From: Vicinamibacterales bacterium
GTDB lineage: Bacteria > Acidobacteriota > Vicinamibacteria > Vicinamibacterales > CAVVIG01
NCBI GenBank assembly: GCA_046596625.1
Contig: JBKJMH010000153.1
Location: forward strand, 1 to 39,464
Reading direction: 5' to 3'
Length of the DNA: 39,464 bases
Position 1 is the stretch's first letter. Every line of letters begins with the position of its first letter. Under the pieces are notes generated by a model that saw only the letters and a list, made by a program, of their open reading frames with translations, had not been told where the DNA came from and searched no databases. This document shows, piece by piece, positions 1 through 8,039 of this stretch. A program made the position numbers and the translations under genes.

Positions 1-1
1 C

Positions 2-77
2 GGGCCCATAGCTCAACGGTTAGAGCCGCCGGCTCATAACCGGCCTGTTCCAGGTTCGAATCCTGGTGGGCCCACCA
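2..77 (+). tRNA. tRNA with CAU anticodon (elongator tRNA-Met or lysidine-type tRNA-Ile2)
   Basis: Hand-folded cloverleaf. Acceptor GGGCCCA/TGGGCCC (2-8/67-73), D stem GCTC/GAGC, anticodon stem GCCGG/CCGGC with loop CTCATAA (anticodon CAT at 35-37). 5-nt variable loop, T arm CCAGG-TTCGAAT-CCTGG, discriminator A, encoded CCA (75-77). The 1-72 pair is G-C, so it is not an initiator. The C4-G69/C5-G68 pairs resemble E. coli tRNA-Ile2, so Met versus Ile2 is unresolved. Confidence 0.93.
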
Positions 78-248
78 TACGCACGAGGCGGAGCGCGGCG
101 TTGGTCGCGCCGTTCAGATTGGAACGCCACGCCGTGTTCGACGAGTCACAGAAGAGGGGTGCCGGAACGGTCACGATGACAACAGCACGGACGTCACGGC
201 CTGCTCAATCGCACGCGTTCATCGTTGGTGGCATCATGCCGCCCGCGC

Positions 249-280
249 AGCCCCGGCACTTGCGTGCCGGGGCTTTTTTT
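249..280 (+). terminator. Rho-independent terminator
   Basis: Hairpin AGCCCCGGCAC-TTGC-GTGCCGGGGCT immediately followed by a run of 7 T. It is oriented for plus-strand transcripts. It is the only hairpin-plus-T-run I could find in the whole window. Confidence 0.8.
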
Positions 281-323
281 ATGCCTGCGTCACCCGACGC
301 ACGGGCGCACCGGACCTCACGAC

Positions 324-1052
324 ATGCATGCAGATATTGAACGGCTGATCGCACTCCAGGAGATCGACTCGTCGACCAGGGACGCCGAACACAAGCTCGG
401 GGCTGAATCGGCCCGGATCACGGCCCTCGACAGTCGGCTGGCTGCGGCGGCCGCAAAGGTGGGGGCGGCCAGGGAGAGTATCGCGCAAAACGGCGCGACG
501 CGCCGCGAGATCGAGAAGGACGTCGCCCTGCATCAGGGGCGCCTGTCGAAATTCCGCGAACAGGGGATGAACGTCAAGACGAACCAGGAATACCACGCCA
601 TCCAGCACGAGATCGCGTTCGCCCAGAACGAAATCAAGGTGCACGAAGACCGGATGCTCGAGCGGATGATGGAACTCGACGAGTTGAACGCCGCCCTTAA
701 AACCGCCGAGACGGAGCTGGCATCGACCCAGGCGAGCGTGGAGTCCGAGAAGGTTGCCATCGTGACGGAACACGACATGCTCCGCAACCGTGTCGAGGCA
801 CTCCAGGCCGAGCGCACCGGCGTTGTCTCCAGCCTGTCGAACGAGGCGCTCGGTATGTTCGAGCGGATTTCAGGCCGCCGCAACGGTATCGCGATGTCGG
901 AGGCGAAGGACGGCGTCTGCACGCTGTGCCACGTGCGCCTCCGGCCGCAGGTATTCAACACCGTGCGACGCAACGACGCGATCCTGCAGTGCGATCACTG
1001 TAATCGCATCCTCTACTTCGTGCCGCCGCCGGCGGTCACGCCCATGCCGTAG
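324..1052 (+). CDS. C4-type zinc-ribbon, coiled-coil protein (COG1579 / zf-RING_7-like)
   Basis: In-frame ATG at 324 downstream of the terminator; the ORF-track start at 225 would read through the hairpin. Long heptad-like helical N-terminus. C-terminal CTLCHVRLRPQ...CDHCNRILY double CxxC motif typical of this family. Confidence 0.85.
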   Translation: MHADIERLIALQEIDSSTRDAEHKLGAESARITALDSRLAAAAAKVGAARESIAQNGATRREIEKDVALHQGRLSKFREQGMNVKTNQEYHAIQHEIAFAQNEIKVHEDRMLERMMELDELNAALKTAETELASTQASVESEKVAIVTEHDMLRNRVEALQAERTGVVSSLSNEALGMFERISGRRNGIAMSEAKDGVCTLCHVRLRPQVFNTVRRNDAILQCDHCNRILYFVPPPAVTPMP

Positions 1053-1061
1053 GCCGGGCGC

Positions 1062-1898
1062 TCAGGCGGGAGGCGCGGGCATGATGGCGCCAGCGATACG
1101 GCCCGCTGCGGCGCCATCGCGACGGTACGAGCAGAGCACCTCGTGACTGGCCGTACAGAGCCGCGCACCAAAGATCTGCTCCGCCGGCGCGCCGGCCAGG
1201 CGCAACTGCTCGTGCGCGCACGCCCACCCGTCGAAGAAGGCATGGCCCGGTCGCCGTTCGGTCGCCAGCCCAGGCATCGGCGGGTTGCCGGCGTCCACGC
1301 TGGGCGAAGACACGAACCATCGCGTCAACGCATCCCTCGCCCATCCCCCGGTGTCGAAGGCGACCTGCACATCCGGCCCCACCTCGTAGCAACAGGCGCC
1401 AACCGACGGCCCGATAGCGACGACCAGGTCCGCCGGATTCGAGCCGTAGGTCTCGGTCATCGCCGCGATCGCAAGTCGCGGCACGCCCTGCGCAAGACCG
1501 CGCCAGCCCGCATGCGCGGCCGCGACCACGCCGAGGCGCCGGTCGGCCACCAGCAGCGGCACGCAGTCCGCGCCCTGCACGGCAATGACGCGCGGCGCGT
1601 CCCGCGCCAGCAGTATGTCCGCTTCCGGAAGGACCGTCTGTGCCTCGCGCGGCAGCGCGTCGGCCACGACGACCCCGGCGCGGTGCACCTGCTGGAGACG
1701 CACGAGTTCGGCAGCCGTGGCGCCGAACGCCGCCGCCACGTCGGTCCACGCCCCTCTCGCCGCGCGATGTTCACCGAGCGGCCACGGACGGCTGGTGAAG
1801 AGATGGGGGGCGATGTCTTCGAGAGGCAGGCAGACCAGCGCCGGTCCGAATCCTGTGTGGCGCCACTCGAAGGCGGCGCTGGGGGGCGGCAGGATCAT
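1062..1898 (-). CDS. pgeF: peptidoglycan editing factor PgeF / YfiH (DUF152 laccase-domain) family
   Basis: Motifs LQQVHRAGVVV, VQGADCVPLL, AAHAGWRGL, GPSVGACCYEVG and CTASHEVLCSYRRDG match the YfiH/PgeF family. Start placed at Met108 of the 385-aa ORF (ATG at 1898), where the family N-terminus begins. Confidence 0.85.
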   Translation of the reverse strand: MILPPPSAAFEWRHTGFGPALVCLPLEDIAPHLFTSRPWPLGEHRAARGAWTDVAAAFGATAAELVRLQQVHRAGVVVADALPREAQTVLPEADILLARDAPRVIAVQGADCVPLLVADRRLGVVAAAHAGWRGLAQGVPRLAIAAMTETYGSNPADLVVAIGPSVGACCYEVGPDVQVAFDTGGWARDALTRWFVSSPSVDAGNPPMPGLATERRPGHAFFDGWACAHEQLRLAGAPAEQIFGARLCTASHEVLCSYRRDGAAAGRIAGAIMPAPPA

Positions 1899-1904
1899 GT
1901 TCGC

Positions 1905-2105
1905 GTGTCCACCATCATCGGCCTCGGCATCGACGCCACGGACATCCCGCGCATCGTCAGCACGATTGAACGCTACGGTGAGCTCTTTCATCCAGCGATT
2001 TTCATCGCCGGGGAGATCACGTACTGCCAGCGTCGCCGCGAATCGGCTGTTCATTTTGCCGGACGCTTCGCCGCGAAGGACGCGGCGATGAAGGCACTCG
2101 GATAG
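1905..2105 (+). pseudogene. acpS: holo-ACP synthase (AcpS) N-terminal half only, ending at an in-frame TAG
   Basis: From GTG 1905 the sequence reads VSTIIGLGIDATDIPRI...IFIAGEITYCQ...FAGRFAAKDAAMKALG. This matches the conserved AcpS N-terminal motifs (GIGxD, FT..E..YC, AxRFAAKEAxxKALG). The TAG at 2103-2105 falls about 60 residues short of a full AcpS. The +1 frame is open from 2092 to 2352 but I cannot confidently recognise the C-terminal half in it. Confidence 0.5.
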
Positions 2106-2348
2106 CCTTGCGATCGCGCAGGTTATGCTCCTCGCCCGCTCGCCGCCGGTAACGGGTGTTGGCGCCGCGCGCCCGCACCAGGCCCCACCTGCCCCGCTGC
2201 TTCCACACGCCGCGCCCACAACCGACGATCCCGCACACGTTTACAGACACACCAGCGATTCGGGCGCCAGCGGTACCCAGCTTGATGTGCAGTCACGCGT
2301 CCGCAACCCCGCGGCGCCGCGCGCCGCATCCAGGAAGGAGCGTGTTTC

Positions 2349-2654
2349 GTGATCATCAAGATTTCGCCGAACGACAAGGGCAACCCGCCCGGCAAGCTCG
2401 CCGACGCCGAACTGCACTTCACCGACGGTCCGCTGGAGGGACTCAAGCTGATCGGCTTCGCGATCTGGGAACGGCGGGGTGGGGGTGGAGGGCGCAACGT
2501 CACGTTCCCGGCGCGCCAGTACAGCGTGGCCGGTGAACGCCGCAGCTACGCACTGCTTCGGCCGATCGTCGACTCGACCGCGCAGGACAAGATTCGCGAT
2601 CTCATCCTCGAGGCGTTCTCGGAGTTCGAGGAACGGGCGGCGATCGCGTCGTGA
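2349..2654 (+). CDS. small conserved hypothetical protein (101 aa) with a SpoVG-like sequence pattern
   Basis: GTG start preceded by a strong SD, GGAAGGAG, at 2332-2339. The order KLADAELHF / LKLIGFAIWE / NVTFPARQY..GERRSYALLRP / DKIRDLILEAF mirrors the SpoVG layout. That layout is a beta strand, a V-x-G hairpin, FVAMPSRK..G..DIAHP, and a C-terminal helix. The family assignment is tentative. Confidence 0.72.
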   Translation: MIIKISPNDKGNPPGKLADAELHFTDGPLEGLKLIGFAIWERRGGGGGRNVTFPARQYSVAGERRSYALLRPIVDSTAQDKIRDLILEAFSEFEERAAIAS

Positions 2655-2675
2655 GGGAACGGGTGGGACCAGCGG

Positions 2676-4418
2676 TCAGACCATCGGCAGGAGGCGCGCG
2701 TTCTCCTGCGCCCGCTTCGGCGGCAGCGTCCATTCGGCGCGAGTCGACTTCTCGAACTCGCTCCGGAAGAACGACTCCTTCATGCCGCCGTCGATGATGT
2801 CCCACGGCAGCAACGGGTCCTTGCTGCGGTCGCGGAAGATGAAGAAGTTGGCGTCGACGCCGGCTTCTTCCACGGCGGCACGCCAGTCCTGGCCGTTCCG
2901 CTCCGCGGCTTCGATCGCCGGCGCGACGCGGCGGTCGCCCAGCGAGAGCAGCGCCTGGTAGTACGAATGCCGTTCGGACTTGATGTTGAAGTAGACGTTG
3001 TCGATGCCGGCCATCAGCGAACGCAGCCGCTTGATCTTGCGGTCGGTAATCGCCGGGTCCTCCATCGGGAGCCACTGGTAGGCGGTGCCCGGCTTCGGAA
3101 TGAGGGGGTTCACGCTGCCGACGATCTTGCCGACATGCCCCTTCGGTCGCGCGTACTTCATCATGATGTCGCGCAGTTGCACCGTCAGGTCACGAATGCC
3201 GACAAGGTCGTCGTCGGTTTCCGTAGGCAGCCCGATCATGTAGTACAGCTTCAGGTTCTCGATGCCGTTCCTGAAGATCAGGTCGGCGCGATCGAGGATC
3301 TCGTCGTTCGTCACGGTCTTGTTGATGACGCGGCGCATGCGGTCGGAGCCGGCCTCGGGCGCGATGGTGATGCTCTTCTCACCGCTGTCGTGAAGCATCT
3401 TCACGATCGGATCGGTGAGATCGTCGAGACGCAGCGATGCCGGACTGATCTGGTAGCCCATCTCGAGCAGGCCGGAGAGAATCCGCTCGATCTCGGGGTG
3501 GTCGCACAACGCGATCGACACGAGCCCGACGCGCGACGCATGCTGCCTGGCGTTCCGGGCAAGTTCGAGGATCCGATCCGCAGGGAACGATCGCACCGGC
3601 AGGTAGTTATAGCCGGCCCAGCAGAAGCGGCACAGGTTGGCACAGCCTCGCACCACTTCCACCAGGAAGCGCGAACCGAACTCGGTGTCGGGCGTAAAGA
3701 TGCCGGTGGCGGGCGGGTCGACCGCGTCGGTGCCCTTCAGCGCCGCCTTGCGCACCGGCACAGGCGCGTTCGTTCCCGGCAACGGCACGTACTCGGTCAG
3801 CAGCCCGCTCGGATCGTATCGCGGCTCGTAGAAGGAGGGAATGTAGAAGCCGCGCTCCTGTGCCAGCGCCAGCAGCAGCGCCTCACGTCCGGTCGACTCG
3901 CGGAACGCCCGCTCGAGCGACGGGATCAGCACCTCGGCCTCCCCCGCGGCGATGACGTCGGCAAACGGCGCCAGCGGTTCGGGGTTCACGAACGTCACGG
4001 CCCCGCCGACGACGATCAGCGGATCGCGCGTGGTGCGCTCGGTCGCATACCGCTTGATGCCGGCAAGCCGCAGCAGCGTGAGGATGTTGACGTAGTCCCA
4101 CTCGAACGACACCGAGAAGGCGAACACGTCGAACTCGTTCACCGGCGTCTGCGACTCGAGCGTCACGAGCGGCGTTCCCGCCGCAAGCTGCGCCGCCAGC
4201 TCCTGCTTGGGCGGCAGGAACACGCGCTCGCAGACGATGTCGGGCTGGTCGTTGAAGAGCCGGTACACGGTCTGGAAGCCCAGGTTGGACATGCCAACCC
4301 AGTAGGTGTTCGGGAAGGCCAGCGCAATGCGCAGCCGTCCACCGTGCGGCTTACGGATGTAGCCGACTTCCTTGGAAAGGATATCCAGTGCGCGTTCGCG
4401 CTGTTGCCAGGACTTCAT
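2676..4418 (-). CDS. radical SAM protein, TIGR03960-like (B12-binding-like N-domain plus rSAM core)
   Basis: CANLCRFCWAGY is a CxxxCxxC cluster motif. N-terminal LRIALAFPNTYWVGMSNLGFQTVY...CERVFLP and GGAVTFVNPEPLAPFADVIAAGEAE match the uncharacterised TIGR03960-type rSAM family as I remember it. Confidence 0.88.
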   Translation of the reverse strand: MKSWQQRERALDILSKEVGYIRKPHGGRLRIALAFPNTYWVGMSNLGFQTVYRLFNDQPDIVCERVFLPPKQELAAQLAAGTPLVTLESQTPVNEFDVFAFSVSFEWDYVNILTLLRLAGIKRYATERTTRDPLIVVGGAVTFVNPEPLAPFADVIAAGEAEVLIPSLERAFRESTGREALLLALAQERGFYIPSFYEPRYDPSGLLTEYVPLPGTNAPVPVRKAALKGTDAVDPPATGIFTPDTEFGSRFLVEVVRGCANLCRFCWAGYNYLPVRSFPADRILELARNARQHASRVGLVSIALCDHPEIERILSGLLEMGYQISPASLRLDDLTDPIVKMLHDSGEKSITIAPEAGSDRMRRVINKTVTNDEILDRADLIFRNGIENLKLYYMIGLPTETDDDLVGIRDLTVQLRDIMMKYARPKGHVGKIVGSVNPLIPKPGTAYQWLPMEDPAITDRKIKRLRSLMAGIDNVYFNIKSERHSYYQALLSLGDRRVAPAIEAAERNGQDWRAAVEEAGVDANFFIFRDRSKDPLLPWDIIDGGMKESFFRSEFEKSTRAEWTLPPKRAQENARLLPMV

Positions 4419-4594
4419 GGGTGCCGGTAGATCTGGTTAACCCAGCAGTGGATGACGTGCCACCTGGCTCATCATCCCGATGCCGAACGGTCCGGGCGCT
4501 AACGCTGCGACGTCGGCGTTCCCGGGTGCCGTGGATCTTTCTACTCTACCACCGCCAGCAGCAGCGGACCGGTCGTGCTGTGTCTGGGCCGCGC

Positions 4595-5893
4595 TCAGCC
4601 TTCCTGCCGGCGCAGGAAGGCGGGCACGTCGAACGCGCTATTCAGGTCGAGGTCGTTGTCACCAGACAGCTCGCTGCCGCCGGCCGAACCCGAGCCGCTG
4701 CCGAGCGACGGCAGGTCGACGATCCCGCGGCGTCCACCGATGGCGACCTTGCCTGACGCGAATCGCTCCGCCGCCGCGCCCGTGGCGACCCCCGGCAGTT
4801 CGATGCGGCGCGCCACCTCGGCGTAGTGCTTCATGTCGATCGGGGTTTGCGCCCCTGGGCTGATCTGGCGGACGTATCCGCCGGGTCCGAAGCCCGTGGC
4901 GATGACAGTGATCTTGACCTTGCCGACGAGCGTCGGGTCGACCACGGCGCCAAAGATGATATTCGCGTCCTCATCGGCCGCTTCCTGGACGATGGTCGAG
5001 GCATCGCTCACCTCGACCAGCGACAGGTCCGGACCACCGGTGATGTTGATGATGACGCCGCGGGCGCCGTTCACCGACGCGCCCTCGAGCAGCGGACTCG
5101 AAATCGCCCTCCGTGCCGCCTCGATGGCACGCCCCTCACCTTCCGCCACGCCGGTGCCCATCATCGCCAGACCCATGCCGGACATGATGGTCTTCACGTC
5201 GGCGAAGTCGAGGTTGATGAGACCCGGAACGAGGATCAGATCCGAGATCCCCTGGATCGCCTGTCGCAACACATCGTCCGCCGTGCAGAACGCCTCGGTG
5301 AGCGGCGTCGCACGGTCGATGATCGCGAGCAGGCGCTCGTTCGGAATCGTGATGATCGTGTCGACGCAGTCGCGCAGCGCCTCGAGGCCGCGTTCGGCCT
5401 GGAGCTGTCGCTTCTTGCCCTCGAACTTGAACGGCTTGGTCACCACGGCCACCGTCAGCGCGCCGAGTTCGCTGGCGAGGCTCGCGATGATGGGCGCGGC
5501 ACCCGTGCCGGTGCCGCCGCCGAGCCCGGTGGTCACGAAGATCATGTCGGCGCCGTCGAGCGCCTGGATGATCTTGTCGGTGTCCTCGAGCGCGGCGTTC
5601 TTGCCGACGTTCGGGTCGGCACCGGCGCCGAGGCCCTTTGTCAGCTTCGATCCGATCTGCAGCTTCACCGACGCGGCGTTGGTCTTCAACGCCTGCAGGT
5701 CGGTGTTCGCCACGATGAACTCGACGCCGTCGAAGCCAGCACGCACCATGCGGTTCACGGCGTTGCCGCCGCCACCGCCGACGCCGATGACCTTGATCCT
5801 CGCGCCCGAAAAGGCTTCTTCGTCGAGGCGAAGTCGCAGCCGATCTTCCGGCATGCCGTGCATTAGGTCACCCCGCAGGTTGTACTCGGACAT
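4595..5893 (-). CDS. ftsZ: cell division protein FtsZ
   Basis: [24 protein letters not shown] and [14 protein letters not shown] tubulin signatures. C-terminal DVPAFLRRQ peptide. ATG at 5893 preceded by GAGGGAG; the upstream part of the 523-aa ORF overlaps ftsA and is not coding. Confidence 0.96.
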   Translation of the reverse strand: MSEYNLRGDLMHGMPEDRLRLRLDEEAFSGARIKVIGVGGGGGNAVNRMVRAGFDGVEFIVANTDLQALKTNAASVKLQIGSKLTKGLGAGADPNVGKNAALEDTDKIIQALDGADMIFVTTGLGGGTGTGAAPIIASLASELGALTVAVVTKPFKFEGKKRQLQAERGLEALRDCVDTIITIPNERLLAIIDRATPLTEAFCTADDVLRQAIQGISDLILVPGLINLDFADVKTIMSGMGLAMMGTGVAEGEGRAIEAARRAISSPLLEGASVNGARGVIINITGGPDLSLVEVSDASTIVQEAADEDANIIFGAVVDPTLVGKVKITVIATGFGPGGYVRQISPGAQTPIDMKHYAEVARRIELPGVATGAAAERFASGKVAIGGRRGIVDLPSLGSGSGSAGGSELSGDNDLDLNSAFDVPAFLRRQEG

Positions 5894-5912
5894 TCGTCCA
5901 CTCCCTCGTGAA

Positions 5913-7151
5913 TTAGAAGAATTCCCTGAACAGGCCGCGCAGCCGGCCGGCAACTCGAACCAGTGCGCCGGCTCCGACCGGAGACCGCGCGCCCTCACCA
6001 ATCGCATTGCGATAGCCGTACAGCACCAGGCCGACGCCAGTGGCGAAGGTCGGGCTGTTGACGTGATCGGCGAGGCCGCCCACGCCGGTCGGGCACCCCC
6101 GACGGATCGGCAGGTCGAAAATCTGTTCCGCAATCTCCGGCATGCCATCGAGAATGGCGCCGCCACCGGTGAGCACGATGCCCGAGTTCAGGCTCTTCTC
6201 GTAGCCCGCTCGCCGGATCTCGTCCCACACCAGGTGAAAGATCTCCTCCGCCCGCGGCTGCAGGATCTCCGAGAGGATACGGCGCGCCATCACCCGCGGC
6301 TTGCGCCCACCGACACTCGCGACCTCCATGGTCTCGTCTTCGTCGACCATCGCCGACAGCGCGCAGCCGCACTTGCGCTTGATCTTCTCCGCGTCCGGCA
6401 CCGGCGTGCGCAGGCCGACCGCAATATCGTTTGTGAAGTGGTCGCCACCGACGGCGATTACCGCGGTGTGCCAGAGGCTGCCGCGCTCGTAGATGGCAAT
6501 GTCGGTCGTACCGCCGCCGATGTCGACCAGCGCCACGCCGAGTTCCTTCTCGTCCGCCGTCAGCACCGACTCGCTCGCCGCCAACTGCTCGACCACGGTC
6601 TCGGCGACGTTCACGCCGGCGCGGTTGACGCACGCCACGATGTTCTGGGTCGAGCTCTGGTTGCCGGTGATGATGTGGACATTCACCTCGAGGCGAGCCC
6701 CGGTCATCCCCACCGGTGCCCCGATCCCGTCCTGCTCGTCGACGACGAAGTCCTGCGGCAGCACGTGCAGGATTTCGCGCCCGGTCGGCAGCGACACGGC
6801 CTTGGCTGCATCGATGGCGCGTCTGACGTCCTCCTTCGTGATCTCCCGGTTCTTCCCGGCCACAGCAATCACACCGCGGCTGTTGAAGCCCTTGATGTGC
6901 GGTCCAGACAGGGCGAGATGCACGGAGTCGATCTCCACCCCCGCCATCAGCTCGGCCTCTTCGATGGCCTTCTTGATCGAATCGACCGCCGCCTCGAGGT
7001 TCACCACGACACCGCGGCGGATGCCCCGCGACTCCGCGACCCCGAGCCCGACGATGTCGAGTCCCTCTCCGTCGAGAACCTCGCCAACCACCGCGGTCAC
7101 CTTCGAGGTGCCTACGTCCAGGCCGACCAGATACCGTTCTTTACGCGCCAC
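5913..7151 (-). CDS. ftsA: cell division protein FtsA
   Basis: Actin-like ATPase motifs GLDVGTSKV and [11 protein letters not shown]. Position between ftsQ and ftsZ. Confidence 0.95.
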   Translation of the reverse strand: MARKERYLVGLDVGTSKVTAVVGEVLDGEGLDIVGLGVAESRGIRRGVVVNLEAAVDSIKKAIEEAELMAGVEIDSVHLALSGPHIKGFNSRGVIAVAGKNREITKEDVRRAIDAAKAVSLPTGREILHVLPQDFVVDEQDGIGAPVGMTGARLEVNVHIITGNQSSTQNIVACVNRAGVNVAETVVEQLAASESVLTADEKELGVALVDIGGGTTDIAIYERGSLWHTAVIAVGGDHFTNDIAVGLRTPVPDAEKIKRKCGCALSAMVDEDETMEVASVGGRKPRVMARRILSEILQPRAEEIFHLVWDEIRRAGYEKSLNSGIVLTGGGAILDGMPEIAEQIFDLPIRRGCPTGVGGLADHVNSPTFATGVGLVLYGYRNAIGEGARSPVGAGALVRVAGRLRGLFREFF

Positions 7152-7172
7152 TCTGCCTCCGGTGCTGCTTCA

Positions 7173-8039
7173 TCACTGCTGCTCGGCGTCGTTCACGGAA
7201 CTGACCTTCGGGTGGCCCGCCCGCAGCGCACCCGTCTTGCCAAGCGGCCGCACATAGACGCGGCCATCGAAACGCAGGTCGACGTAGTCGATCTCGGGCA
7301 CGCGCTGATGCAACGCCGTCGAGAGCGACAGGTAGGACTCCACACGTTCGAGAAAGTGATCGTCGCCGACACGCAATTCCGCCGTGTCGTCGTTCAGCAG
7401 GATGATGACGTTGTGCACGTCGGACACATCGACCTGCGACAGTCGCTCGGCAATGGCCGGATTCTGCCTGAGCGCCATGATCAGGCGGGCCGCCATTGCG
7501 CCTCGAGCAGTGTCGGCCGCGTCGTTCCCCTTCCCGAATCCGTCGACAATCGGCAGGTCGAGGTTCGCGTACTGCGGACCATAGGCATCGATGGCCACCC
7601 CCCGCTCGTCGACGAGGGAAAGCCGACCGCCCTTCCGGCCAATGGCAATGGGCGTGCGCTCGCGCACCACCACCTCGACTGTCGATGGCAGCGCGCGGCG
7701 GAACGACGCGTCCTCGATCCAGGGTGACTCCAGCAATCGGCTCCGCCACGCCTCGAGGTCGGCGGACAGGAGGTTCTCGCCGTGCAGGCCGCCGAGCAGC
7801 GCGCGCACCGCCTGGGCCGGCAGCCGCTGGTTACCGCTCATGACGATGTGGTCGATGCGGAGCAGCGGTGACGTCGACACGAACGTCGACACCCGCGCCG
7901 CAGCGAACAGCACGAGCGCCAGCAGCACGCTGTACTTCGTCCCGACGACGGCCACACTGCGCCATGCGGCGCGCCGGCGCCCCGGCTTGACGTGGGCGCG
8001 ATGGAAGCGGCGATCGGCAGAGACCGCAACCGGAGTCAT
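7173..8039 (-). CDS. ftsQ: cell division protein FtsQ (POTRA domain)
   Basis: Basic N-tail, one TM segment (YSVLLALVLFAAA), then a POTRA-like segment IDHIVMSGNQRLPAQAV...WIEDASFRRALPSTVEVVVRE. Start overlaps the murC stop (ATGA). Confidence 0.85.
   Translation of the reverse strand: MTPVAVSADRRFHRAHVKPGRRRAAWRSVAVVGTKYSVLLALVLFAAARVSTFVSTSPLLRIDHIVMSGNQRLPAQAVRALLGGLHGENLLSADLEAWRSRLLESPWIEDASFRRALPSTVEVVVRERTPIAIGRKGGRLSLVDERGVAIDAYGPQYANLDLPIVDGFGKGNDAADTARGAMAARLIMALRQNPAIAERLSQVDVSDVHNVIILLNDDTAELRVGDDHFLERVESYLSLSTALHQRVPEIDYVDLRFDGRVYVRPLGKTGALRAGHPKVSSVNDAEQQ

Noticed and set aside
150-215. GGAA-loop hairpin (GTGCCGGAACGGTCAC) and GATGAC element that briefly suggested SRP (4.5S) RNA domain IV
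   Set aside because: The flanking conserved SRP RNA strands (AGGUC...GGAAGCAGC / symmetric-loop GGCAG) are not present, and the helix is short with mismatches. I also could not fold a 6S-like rod.
225-323. Upstream extension of the zinc-ribbon ORF (track start 225) and the overlapping 79-aa ORF at 101-340
   Set aside because: Both would be translated straight through the intrinsic terminator hairpin and T-run (249-280). They have no SD and an odd composition. The family-like sequence begins at ATG 324.
1-1100. Possibility of a tRNA-associated genomic island or integrated element next to the tRNA
   Set aside because: There is no integrase, no direct repeat of the tRNA 3' end, and no phage or transposon genes downstream. 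The neighbouring genes are conserved housekeeping types with the same GC-rich character.
4437-4475. 12-codon mini-ORF (MMSQVARHPLLG) on the minus strand in the ftsZ-rSAM gap, a possible uORF or leader peptide
   Set aside because: It has no convincing SD, no amino-acid bias suggestive of attenuation, and no associated terminator or antiterminator structure. It is too short to support without conservation data.
5894-6166. N-terminal extension of the ftsZ ORF (the track gives 523 aa starting at 6166)
   Set aside because: The extension overlaps the 3' end of ftsA in another frame and is not FtsZ-like. ATG 5893 has a GAGGGAG SD and gives the normal FtsZ N-terminus.
4833-7727. 964-aa ORF on the plus strand spanning ftsZ, ftsA and ftsQ in antisense
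   Set aside because: It lies entirely opposite three genes with unmistakable family motifs. Its translation is low-complexity and Ala/Arg/Ser/Pro-rich with no recognisable domain. Stop-free antisense frames are expected in GC-rich DNA.
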